Shown here: positions 1-11,017 of the stretch, one piece after another | Layout of the letters: the number at the start of each line of letters is the position of its first letter | Numbering within the stretch: position 1 is the first letter of the stretch | Source of the DNA: Octopus bimaculoides | Lineage: Eukaryota | Direction of reading: 5' to 3' | Length of the DNA: 46,090 nucleotides | Assembly: GCF_001194135.2 (NCBI RefSeq) | Contig: NC_068988.1 | Span: forward strand, 63,012,984-63,059,073 | Program-made: the position numbers and the translations under genes | Notes under the pieces: model-generated | The model's input: the letters and a program-made list of their open reading frames with translations, nothing else | Database searches by the model: none | Told to the model about the DNA's origin: nothing

Positions 1-31
<31 letters not shown>

Positions 32-1626
32 CTTGTACATAAGGATATTTCTGTGTGTACATATATTTGTACTAACAGATGTGAGTATGTATGTATATAT
101 ATATATGTTATACACTACTCGTTCACATGTAAGCTGGAAAATGTCAATATCGTGAAAGTATGGTATTAGAATGGTAATAGATTTTCCCACTCTCTACATT
201 ATTCTTCTTCATTGTGTATATTCATTCCAAATATACAAATAGATGCATCCGTCCCCCCACACACACAAACACTGATATATATACATATTTATATACCAAC
301 AGTGAAGGAGAGAGATAGACGAGTACACACGCATATGCATAAAAGTTTTTTCTCGTATGGATATATATGTGTATGTATGTATATATATATATATACATAT
401 ATATATAATATGCATATATACTGGTATGCATATATGTAAACGTATTGGAAGAACCCCACACTCTCTCACTCTGTATATATATGTATATGTGTATATATNN
501 NNNNNNNNNNNNNNNNNNNNNNNNNNNNNNNNNNNNNNNNNNNNNNNNNNNNNNNNNNNNNNNNNNNNNNNNNNNNNNNNNNNNNNNNNNNNNNNNNNNN
601 NNNNNNNNNNNNNNNNNNNNNNNNNNNNNNNNNNNNNNNNNNNNNNNNNNNNNNNNNNNNNNNNNNNNNNNNNNNNNNNNNNNNNNNNNNNNNNNNNNNN
701 NNNNNNNNNNNNNNNNNNNNNNNNNNNNNNNNNNNNNNNNNNNNNNNNNNNNNNNNNNNNNNNNNNNNNNNNNNNNNNNNNNNNNNNNNNNNNNNNNNNN
801 NNNNNNNNNNNNNNNNNNNNNNNNNNNNNNNNNNNNNNNNNNNNNNNNNNNNNNNNNNNNNNNNNNNNNNNNNNNNNNNNNNNNNNNNNNNNNNNNNNNN
901 NNNNNNNNNNNNNNNNNNNNNNNNNNNNNNNNNNNNNNNNNNNNNNNNNNNNNNNNNNNNNNNNNNNNNNNNNNNNNNNNNNNNNNNNNNNNNNNNNNNN
1001 NNNNNNNNNNNNNNNNNNNNNNNNNNNNNNNNNNNNNNNNNNNNNNNNNNNNNNNNNNNNNNNNTATATATATATATATATATATATATCGACCTTATAA
1101 CAGGAATAAGAACATGCATGGATGTAACGCATATTATTATGTTTATGATTATCATAATGACATTCACGTCTAGGAATCAGGGCTACGAAAAAATGTGATA
1201 TCTGAAAAATATTTTTCTGATTATTATATTCAGGACAATATATGGGACGAAGTTTGAAGTCGATCGTAGAATAATATGTCCATATGTATCCGATAAGGAG
1301 ACTTTCATGGACCAGTGCTCCTTTTCCACACAATGTGAAAGAGTTCGCTGGTATATTTTATACTTGCATCTCCGATAGTGTCCTACAGTCAGTATTCTTC
1401 ATCTGATTACCAAGATGTTAGGAAGACGGCTACACAGTCGCTGCTTAGAAGAGTGATGCTACCACGAAAGATTGATAACAGCATTTCAAGATCGTGTAAC
1501 TCCAAGCCTGAACAAGTGTCTTGTTCAGTGTTAAAGCTGATGGGCCGTTAAGAGATACTGATTCAACTGATGATATTAAGGAGCTTTTCTTGATGTTTCC
1601 TGCATTTCAAATGTGTGCTATATCGT

Positions 1627-2550
1627 AACAGATAGAGTATGTATGCATGCATGCATAGTTGCAGATTTGTATATTTTGTTTTATGTATGTATATTCGCAG
1701 GTTTGTAGGTTTTGTTGTATACTTGCATGTCTATATGTATGTATGCATGTATGTATATAACTATAGGTGCTGAATTTGTATGTTTTGCTTTATATATGTA
1801 TTCTTATGCATATAGTCGCATATCTAGACATGGTCGTATATATTTAAATGATAAACTTCTGGAAAGTTTCACAGATCTTTACAGCTCCAGTGATGTAGTC
1901 TTCCAATGTACCTTCTCCCTTCTGGTTTGAGAAGCCTTATTCGAGAAGCGTAATCTCCAAAACTGTTTCTCTTCTCTGTCCTAAATAATTAAATCAAGTC
2001 TGCTGTCCTTACATTTTATTAAGGACTTTACTGGGACATTCCGCCAGTACTCTTTTTATTATGAGTGGCTATGGCACCTAACATACTGTGGATTCTTATT
2101 TCTTTGTCCTCGAGTTATCTTTCCGACGGATTTCATTATAGAGTGTTCTAACTACAACATCACGACTCATCGCTAGATTAAACCGTGATGACATATTCGG
2201 ACATGATGTGATTGATATCGTCGGTGTTAACACTACAAAATCTGCATCGTTTGTAACATTTTACTGCTTTACCTGCATCTCTGTCCCTGTTGTGCATAAC
2301 GTAGTTCGTTGATATTTTTTGTTCCTGGATTTTGAACGCATATCCTTCAAAGTGGGAATTAGTAATACGGTTGTTGGTCCATGATAGACTGCTTTCATGA
2401 TCAATGTTATTATAATCTTGGAACTTTCTAATATCATATCCATGCATAATATTCTGCTTATATAGACTCATTCTTTCATCTGATGATACGTTGTGGTAGA
2501 GTAGTGCGACTTCTTTGGGCGTATATTCTAGGTTAGCAGGCAAAGTTCCA
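1627..2550 (-). mobile_element. 5'-truncated, decayed RLE-type non-LTR retrotransposon (family E): pre-CCHC block, CCHC knuckle, partial RLE, 3' UTR
   Basis: The minus-strand ORF 2178-2543 reads MHGY..IDHESSLSW..HFEGYAFKIQEQKISTNY..CRFCSVNTDDINHIMS, a decayed C-x2-C-x8-H-x4-C knuckle. It continues through frameshifts as RDVVVRTLYNEIRRKD and YWRNVPVKSLIKCKDSRLDLII*DREEK (decayed RPD motif). The 3' part aligns by eye with the copy at 8620-8930. Confidence 0.8.
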
Positions 2551-3880
2551 ATGTATGTATGAATGTATAGTATGTATGTATGTATGTATGTGCATATATG
2601 CGGGTATGTATGTATATATGCATATATGTATTGGGAATGATAAAGATTATATCAATCTGTTTAATACACACAGAGCAATTATAAAGTTGACTTCAAAGTT
2701 GTATATATGGTCAGAATAATTTCACAATATAAATCATTTGTTTCTTTCTTTACACCCAACACACAGGAGACAAGAATGGACATGCTTCAGCTTTACTAAG
2801 ATCTTATTATGATCGATGATGTATTAGTGAAAGAATCACTAAATACATATAGAATATTGTGCAGCTGTTATGAGTTTCCAATCGGATGGTTTTCATTATA
2901 TAACACAGCGATACCGTCTCTTGTAAGAACAACAGTTAAATAAATGTAAACAAACATCATTCAAGCAGTATTAAGACGCTAAACAAAAATAATTCTGCCG
3001 GGACGAAGAAAAGTAAACGCAGTTTTAATTAATGACTAACGTTATTAGCGCATATTATGTAAGTGGGGAAACAACATTAAATACATTTCGGTTTCATGGC
3101 GCTGTCAGCGATGAACTATATTCAAAGCATTGACAAAAGTTTTGGTGCAAGAATATTTAAGTAAATGTTGAAGAATCCACGTCGTTGTTGGAGGAAAATA
3201 CAATTGTTTAGAGAATAAGCAATTCGTATATTTGGAACGGAAAGATTTTGGTTGACCTTCAAATTCTTCGATTGAAATATTCATGTAAAGAATGCTCTTT
3301 CCTTTCTCCTGGTAGTGACCTATATTTTTAGCATCGTGACCTTTACAGCCTTTAAGTTAATGAACTTATTCAATGTTAGCGTTAACTTTAAACATATATA
3401 CAATTCTATAAACGACACGAACATTCTTTGGCAGAAAACTTTTCTCTATTCAACAGAGATGCCTTTAAATGAAAAACCACTATATCGAATTGAAGAAAAT
3501 ACACCAAAACCATCAAAGCATTTCATTAACACCTAGTTTCTTTCAACAATATCGATAATGTTATCATAATAAATACTATTTTTTTAAATTGACATTTTTT
3601 TAGACTACTATTTTTACAGCTGCTGCTATTGTTTTTGATATGGTTGTTCTTGTTGTAGTTGCAGTTGCCAAGATCATTATTATCGTATGCCTTCATTGCA
3701 CGGCCGAGCATCGATCTTAACGTCTTCACTCTATGATATATCTTGGTTTTGTGTTTCCTAACAAATAAGTTATTTGCTTGTAGCCTCTCTAGAAATGCTA
3801 TTTTCCGCTATTCCCTCACATTTCGAGGTCCTACAGTTGTGTTTTATGCATTTGCATGCATGTGTTTTAAACATTTCGAA

Positions 3881-3958
<78 letters not shown>
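3881..3958. repeat. (TAA)n microsatellite
   Basis: Perfect trinucleotide run. Confidence 0.98.
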
Positions 3959-3960
3959 CC

Positions 3961-4106
3961 TTTCTATTATAAGCACAAGGGCCTGAAATTTGAGAGAGGG
4001 ATATAGTCGACTGATTCCACCACAGTACTCAGCTGGTCCTTAATTTATCGACCCTGAAAGGATGAAATGTAAAGTCGACCTCCGCGAAATTTGAACTCAG
4101 AACGTA
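3961..4106 (-). mobile_element. tRNA-derived SINE family 1, partial
   Basis: The reverse complement contains B box gagttcaaattt and the central block ttcatcctttcagggtcgataaattaag. It matches the copy at 32762-32983. Confidence 0.85.
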
Positions 4107-4150
4107 GTGATGAGCGAAATAATAGAAATAGTAGAATAGTAGATTGCAAA

Positions 4151-4390
4151 GTAGGCGCATTAAGTATGATGAGAAAAAATTCAGACAAATGCATAACAAA
4201 AGACACCAGGACTTACAATTATGTATACCATACAGAAAATAGCACTAATAGGTACCGCACAAATTCTACGAAAGATACTTTCGATACAGTGAAAATAAAC
4301 AGCATCACAACAAACCACAGCACATAACCAACACACAGAGAGCTGCGCTGTGTAGTGCAGTGAACGCACATAATAAAAATAAGACTACTC

Positions 4391-4391
<1 letters not shown>
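4151..4391 (+). mobile_element. 3' end of R4/Dong-like RLE non-LTR retrotransposon (family A)
   Basis: Reads VGALSMMRKNSDKCITK/TPGLTIMYTIQKIALIGTAQILRKILSIQ*, then a 3' UTR (gagctgcgctgtgtagtgcagtgaacgcac) ending in (TAA)n. Homologous to 16108-16380 on the minus strand. Confidence 0.85.

Positions 4392-4461
<70 letters not shown>
4392..4461. repeat. (TAA)n tract at the retrotransposon 3' end
   Basis: Perfect run between two RLE-element fragments. Confidence 0.98.
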
Positions 4462-4462
4462 G

Positions 4463-4764
4463 CAATTACATCAAATACAGAATAGACTACCAATTACATC
4501 AAATACAGAACAGACAATACATCAGAAAGCGATAAGTGCAGAATTTGTGGACAAAATGGTGAAACCGTATGGCATATTTCCAGTCAATGTACGTCACTAG
4601 CCCAGAAAGAATATAAGACACGTCATAACAATATACCAAGGATTATGCATTGGATATTTTGCAACATGTATGGACTCGGCCGAGCAAAAATATTGTACGA
4701 ACGTAAACCCGAAGGCATCATCGAAAATGATAACGCCAAAAACCTATGGGACTTTATAATTTAG
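4463..4764 (+). mobile_element. RLE non-LTR retrotransposon fragment, CCHC knuckle region (family D)
   Basis: Frame 4492-4764 reads NYIKYRTDNTSESDKCRICGQNGETVWHISSQCTSLAQKEYKTRHNNIPRIMHWIFCNMYG..YERKPEGIIENDNAKNLWDFII*. It has an intact C-x2-C-x8-H-x4-C followed by the Y..RH and LWDF motifs typical of R4/Dong-like ORFs. It is missing from the ORF track because there is no upstream ATG. Confidence 0.88.
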
Positions 4765-5483
4765 TGTATTTGTATGTATATAGATGTGTGTATGTATATA
4801 TATATATGACAATATACATATATTTCCACATATATTCCATATATCTATATATAGAGAGATACATAAATACGTGTATATATACATATTTCTATGTGTGACT
4901 ACCTATATATATGAGTCATATAATCGGTTTCTTAGTTTCATAGAAATATAAACCAAGTCCCTTAATATCAAAAGCTAACTTAAAAATGGCAAATCACATT
5001 GATATGTAGTCTTATACTTTGATAACGCTTAGTACAATACGGTTTCCTTCCTTTAATAACTTCTCTTATCTTATCTAACTACTGCATAAACATACTTGAA
5101 TGTGGAGTGAACAATGAAGAATAACAACAATAACGACATACGAAATTATTCCAACTATGGAAACGTAGAAGTGTCGTTAGGGAAACCTGTGATATGTAAG
5201 TGCTGGACCTCTTTAATACAAAAGTAAAATCGTTTCTATTTATTCCTTTGATATTTATCAATGGCAATACTGATGCTTGTTACAAATTCCTCATTCGTTA
5301 TGGTTATTGCTCTCGATATGTTTTTATTTATAAAATATTATCTCTTTGTCTTTTTTGTTTGTTTTTTCCCAAAAGTATTGGTGGTATCAAATGAACAAAA
5401 TAAGAAAAAAATATAGCAATGTTTTAGTGTGAAGTAAATAACAACATAAAAAGAATTATTCATTTCTGATGAAAGATTCGAAA

Positions 5484-5485
<2 letters not shown>

Positions 5486-5563
<78 letters not shown>
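5486..5563. repeat. (TAA)n microsatellite
   Basis: Perfect run. Confidence 0.98.
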
Positions 5564-5565
<2 letters not shown>

Positions 5566-6047
5566 TAGCAACATTAACTACTACAACACCAACAACAAAA
5601 GCAACACCAGTGAAAGAATAAACTACAAAAAAAAAAAATAAATAATACAAAATCTAAATAACGAAAGTGAAGTATCGAAGCCAAAAGCGATCAAAATTGC
5701 ATTGAGTAAACATTTATTGCAATTTTTGTGTTTGTTTATTTTTTTTCTCTTTTAAATAATATACAATCGATAAATATCAGGACAATTGTAAATGCTATAA
5801 TAATATTCAGTTTATTTTATTAATTTTTTAAAGACTTTTTGCAATTTATTTTTTTTAGTTAAATTATCACGATCGATGATATAGAGTATAATAAAATAAA
5901 TTTGAAATACAATAAATCTTATTTAAAACTTTGTTACCCAATCTAAATAAGAAATGCGTTAATTATAATATCAAACTCATGATATATATCTCTGTTTTTA
6001 CAATGCTTAATAGAAAACATTGTCTTTTTTTTTACTTAGCATATATG

Positions 6048-6079
<32 letters not shown>

Positions 6080-7441
6080 TTATTTTTTAAAGACTGTTTT
6101 TAAAAAATTTCTTTGCTTGTTTGTGCGTTATATAATGTATTTGTGTGTAATATTTCTATTCCTAAAAGATAACGTATGTTATTTTATGTTCCTTTGTTCA
6201 GATGTAATTTCAACAGAGACAATAGTGGAATTTATATAGGTTCTACGGAAGTTTTGCATGAATGGTAGGATCGATTATCAAGATAAAATATATAATATAC
6301 ATTCTCTTATTTCTTTTTTATATTCGGTTCTTTTTTTTTTGTTATTGCAATACACACAAAAATTCAGCCACATAAACAAATATGTTTATCTATACCCATA
6401 TAATAAATTCACACCTATTGTTGAACATACACCAAACACGTGAATACATATATGTGTGTGTAGGTGTGAGCGTGTGGGTGTACTTGCATATACATATATA
6501 AATGTGTAAGTCTAAAAAACTATTTTACACACACACTCACAAACAAATATATATCTACGTATATATGTATAATATATATGTATATATATATATATATATN
6601 NNNNNNNNNNNNNNNNNNNNNNNNNNNNNNNNNNNNNNNNNNNNNNNNNNNNNNNNNNNNNNNNNNNNNNNNNNNNNNNNNNNNNNNNNNNNNNNNNNNN
6701 NNNNNNNNNNNNNNNNNNNNNNNNNNNNNNNNNNNNNNNNNNNNNNNNNNNNNNNNNNNNNNNNNNNNNNNNNNNNNNNNNNNNNNNNNNNNNNNNNNNN
6801 NNNNNNNNNNNNNNNNNNNNNNNNNNNNNNNNNNNNNNNNNNNNNNNNNNNNNNNNNNNNNNNNNNNNNNNNNNNNNNNNNNNNNNNNNNNNNNNNNNNN
6901 NNNNNNNNNNNNNNNNNNNNNNNNNNNNNNNNNNNNNNNNNNNNNNNNNNNNNNNNNNNNNNNNNNNNNNNNNNNNNNNNNNNNNNNNNNNNNNNNNNNN
7001 NNNNNNNNNNNNNNNNNNNNNNNNNNNNNNNNNNNNNNNNNNNNNNNNNNNNNNNNNNNNNNNNNNNNNNNNNNNNNNNNNNNNNNNNNNNNNNNNNNNN
7101 NNNNNNNNNNNNNNNNNNNNNNNNNNNNNNNNNNNNNNNNNNNNNNNNNNNNNNNNNNNNNNNNNNNNNNNNNNNNNNNNNNNNNNNNNNNNNNNNNNNN
7201 NNNNNNNNNNNNNNNNNNNNNNNNNNNNNNNNNNNNNNNNNNNNNNNNNNNNNNNNNNNNNNNNNNNNNNNNNNNNNNNNNNNNNNNNNNNNNNNNNNNN
7301 NNNNNNNNNNNNNNNNNNNNNNNNNNNNNNNNNNNNNNNNNNNNNNNNNNNNNNNNNNNNNNNNNNNNNNNNNNNNNNNNNNNNNNNNNNNNNNNNNNNN
7401 NNNNNNNNNNNNNNNNNNNNNNNNNNNNNNNNNNNNNNNNN

Positions 7442-7481
<40 letters not shown>

Positions 7482-8136
7482 AATATATACATACACATAC
7501 ACGTAAATGTACTTGATTATGATACGTTATTCACGCATGCGTAGATTAATCATGTATTTAACTCTTATCGTAAAGCACATTCCTCCTCACCTCTCATCCC
7601 CGAAAAGATATTATTTAAAAAATTAATACGTTTTCAATCTTTTTTGCTGTAATTTCTTGTATATTCTATTGTTATTCGCTACTTTATGCCGTTGAAGGTG
7701 TTTGTGATAAATTTAACATCTGATTCAGAACCGTTGCGGTTGACTGATTTAGTAAAGAGCTGAATATTTTCTTGTTTACTTCTCAAATTTGTTTTATGAA
7801 TTTTGAACTTAGGACAATCATTGATTTAATATTACTCATAGAGACAACAGAGATTATCTGGTTTTTAATGCATGCACATCTGTTGCAGCACCAAATTTCA
7901 GTTTATCTTGTTAATAAGCGGGACGATTTAAGTTTACATCATGCCTCTGATATCACAGACGCTGACAAAACTTGAAATCTATCTACAGAGAAAAGCATAG
8001 CATGTGTTTAAATCGTCTACATAAAATTGGTGAATAGTTCCAAGTGGTTAATAATAAAGTGATTAATAATTCCAAGAATTATTAACACATTAGATAAAAC
8101 ATTTATTAATTACTTTCAATTTTTTCGCTCGTTCTT

Positions 8137-8346
8137 TTTTATTCTCTTACTTGCTTCAGTTATTTGACTGCAGTCACGCTGGATCACCGCCTTTAATCGA
8201 AGAAATCAATTCCAGGACTTATTCTTTGTAAGGCTAGTTCTTATTCTGTTGGTCTCTTTTGCCGAACTGCTAATTTACGGGGACGTAAATACACCAACTT
8301 CTGTTGTCAAACGATGATGGTGGGGACAAAGGCAAACACACACATT

Positions 8347-8385
<39 letters not shown>

Positions 8386-8520
8386 GACAGGCTTCTACCA
8401 GATCCAATCACAAGGCTCTGGTCGGCCAGGGGCTATTGTAGAAGGTACCATGCAGTGGGACTGAACCTGGAACCATGTAGCTGGGAAGCAAGCTTCTTAC
8501 CACACACCCACATTTGCGCC
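8137..8520 (-). mobile_element. tRNA-derived SINE family 2, near full length, with internal (TA)n/(TG)n
   Basis: The minus strand begins ggcgcaaatgtgggtgtgtggtaagaagcttgcttccc..ggttcagtccc (A/B-box-like head). The 3' half aligns with 12641-12917. Confidence 0.85.
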
Positions 8521-8619
8521 TATATTTGATCATATATTGGCGAGAAATCTTCAAATAAAACTGAACGATGACATACATACAAACATGCTTACATACAAAT
8601 ATACATAGAGAAACTATAT

Positions 8620-8930
8620 ACAGGTGTGAAAATCAGCTACCCAACGCATGTTAATGTGAAGCTGAAGATCAGCAAAAAAGAAAATACCTATGCTGAACTA
8701 TTGATATATCTACAGCTACTCTGTCCTGATGGTAAATTCATACCAGTAATTATAAGGTCCATACCAGTAATTATCGGAGCAGTGGAATACGTAATACATT
8801 GATTTAATACCAATAGTGAGAAATTAGGCATTTCAAAAGCAGAGAGAAGAAAGCTGATTCGAAGAGTACAGATCCAAGCCATAACTGAAAGAGTAAAAAT
8901 ATATAAAATCTTCCTGAAATTTATTATTTA
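8620..8930 (+). mobile_element. RLE non-LTR retrotransposon family E, C-terminal endonuclease fragment
   Basis: Reads VKISYPTHVNVKLKISKKENTYAELL..IPVIIGAVEYVIH*..EKLGISKAERRKLIRRVQIQAIT..KIFLKFII. It has the RLE K-x3-Y (canonical K-x2-KY) and IPVIIGA motifs. The terminal part matches 1845-1945 on the minus strand. Confidence 0.8.
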
Positions 8931-9002
8931 CTAGCAGAAATACCCGGCTTTGCACTGGTTAAAGAGAATAATGAAATCTAAAAACGCCGTCTAGACTACG
9001 CA
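8928..9002 (-). mobile_element. Helitron 3' terminus, inverted copy (CTAG + degenerate hairpin)
   Basis: ttactagcagaaatacccggctttgcactggttaaagagaataatgaaatctaaaaacgccgtctagactacgca is the reverse complement of 11156-11230 at 71/75 positions. Confidence 0.85.
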
Positions 9003-10453
9003 ACCCTCAACTGTTAGTAGCTACGATACCATATTTCTACATTAATAACTTTCCAATCCATGCCAGCATGGAACATAGACATTAAGTGGAATGCCAGTCT
9101 CTCATCTGGGAAGGCCTTGAAATCAATATTACAAACTGGGGACTATGTGTGTCGCGGTGATAATAAAAAGACTCAAAGGAGATCTGCAACGAAATAATTT
9201 TACTCAACACTTTCCAAGTGAATCAGTGGAGGCAAAGATGCGTCTCTTTACTTGACAATTTATGCACCACTGTTGTACCGTTGAATTACAAATAATGCTC
9301 ATCTGTTATGTTCGGGTTAAAAGTTCATCAACATCAAAAATATATGAATTTTCATGGAAGTTATGGCCGTTATGCATAGAATATAATTTCCAAATTTCAT
9401 AAAGATCCATTCAGTACTTTTGACGTAGTTTTGGATAAGAAAACAAATGACTAATGTGTGTGTTTGTGTGCATGTGTATGTGTGTGCGATGGGTGTATAT
9501 ATGTATAGATATCTGTATGCATGTATATATGTATATATGTGTACATATTACATGTACATCTATATATATATATATATATACATCTACACATATGCATACA
9601 TATACATGTATGCATNNNNNNNNNNNNNNNNNNNNNNNNNNNNNNNNNNNNNNNNNNNNNNNNNNNNNNNNNNNNNNNNNNNNNNNNNNNNNNNNNNNNN
9701 NNNNNNNNNNNNNNNNNNNNNNNNNNNNNNNNNNNNNNNNNNNNNNNNNNNNNNNNNNNNNNNNNNNNNNNNNNNNNNNNNNNNNNNNNNNNNNNNNNNN
9801 NNNNNNNNNNNNNNNNNNNNNNNNNNNNNNNNNNNNNNNNNNNNNNNNNNNNNNNNNNNNNNNNNNNNNNNNNNNNNNNNNNNNNNNNNNNNNNNNNNNN
9901 NNNNNNNNNNNNNNNNNNNNNNNNNNNNNNNNNNNNNNNNNNNNNNNNNNNNNNNNNNNNNNNNNNNNNNNNNNNNNNNNNNNNNNNNNNNNNNNNNNNN
10001 NNNNNNNNNNNNNNNNNNNNNNNNNNNNNNNNNNNNNNNNNNNNNNNNNNNNNNNNNNNNNNNNNNNNNNNNNNNNNNNNNNNNNNNNNNNNNNNNNNNN
10101 NNNNNNNNNNNNNNNNNNNNNNNNNNNNNNNNNNNNNNNNNNNNNNNNNNNNNNNNNNNNNNNNNNNNNNNNNNNNNNNNNNNNNNNNNNNNNNNNNNNN
10201 NNNNNNNNNNNNNNNNNNNNNNNNNNNNNNNNNNNNNNNNNNNNNNNNNNNNNNNNNNNNNNNNNNNNNNNNNNNNNNNNNNNNNNNNNNNNNNNNNNNN
10301 NNNNNNNNNNNNNNNNNNNNNNNNNNNNNNNNNNNNNNNNNNNNNNNNNNNNNNNNNNNNNNNNNNNNNNNNNNNNNNNNNNNNNNNNNNNNNNNNNNNN
10401 NNNNNNNNNNNNNNNNNNNNNNNNNNNNNNNNNNNNNNNNNNNNNNNNNNNNT

Positions 10454-11017
10454 AATCAAAACCTGATGCATTCTCTTCCCGGCAATCTTCAAACTTACAA
10501 GTCTGTTCATACAGTTCCAGATACAAATGAAGTGGTGAACTATCCTCCTAAATTTCTCAATTCGTTGGAGCCTCCAGGACTACCTCCCCACATATTATCA
10601 CTTAAAGTTGGAACGCCTGTTATACTGCTCCGCAATCTGGAACCACCAAGACTTTGCAATGGAACGCGACTCGTGATAAAGAACATGATGTCACACGTTA
10701 TCGAGGCTACCATTCTTTCTGGATGTGCAAAAGGGGATGACGTCATTATTCCAAGAATTCCTCTTCCTCCTCCATCAGGAGCAGACATTCCTTTTACATT
10801 CAGAAGATTACAATTCCCCCTTCGTGTGACTTTTGCCATGTCCATAAACAAATCTCAGGGCCAAACACTGTCTGTAGCTGGTCTTCTCTTGGAAGAGCCC
10901 TGCTTCTCACATGGACAACTGTATGTTGGCTGCTCAAGAGTGGGCAGCAAAAAAAAACTATTTGTATATGCTCCACAAGGGAAAACAAGGAACATTGTTT
11001 ACAACGAGGTGTTATAA
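10454..11017 (+). CDS. Helitron Rep/Hel protein, C-terminal Pif1-family (SF1B) helicase fragment; 5' part lost in the assembly gap
   Basis: 187 uninterrupted codons from the gap edge: FLNSLEPPGLPPHILSLKVGTPVILLRNLEPPRLCNGTRL, RLQFPLRVTFAMSINKSQGQTL, CFSHGQLYVGCSRV and terminal KTRNIVYNEVL*. These are diagnostic Helitron helicase motifs. Confidence 0.93.
   Translation, partial: NQNLMHSLPGNLQTYKSVHTVPDTNEVVNYPPKFLNSLEPPGLPPHILSLKVGTPVILLRNLEPPRLCNGTRLVIKNMMSHVIEATILSGCAKGDDVIIPRIPLPPPSGADIPFTFRRLQFPLRVTFAMSINKSQGQTLSVAGLLLEEPCFSHGQLYVGCSRVGSKKKLFVYAPQGKTRNIVYNEVL

Noticed and set aside
209-1333. Long ORFs containing X runs (also at 6502-7516, 9411-10526, 13880-14410, 16294-17070, 19397-19803, 26142-26611, 29077-29736, 30341-30987, 35399-36228, 39358-39722)
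   Set aside because: They are open only because N-gaps and (TA)n/(CA)n repeats contain no stop codons. The exceptions are the Pif1 and RLE portions reported as features.
1170-1620. Relatively GC-richer unique segment with a vague Tc1-like phrase (GRRLHSRCL) and a 9-bp-stem palindrome at 1508-1528
   Set aside because: No convincing motif in any frame, multiple stops and no TIRs seen.
5125-5202. acaATG..MKNNNNNDIRNYSNYGNVEVSLGKPVI followed by GTAAGT, a possible first coding exon
   Set aside because: Low-complexity start, no recognisable homology and no compatible downstream exon found.
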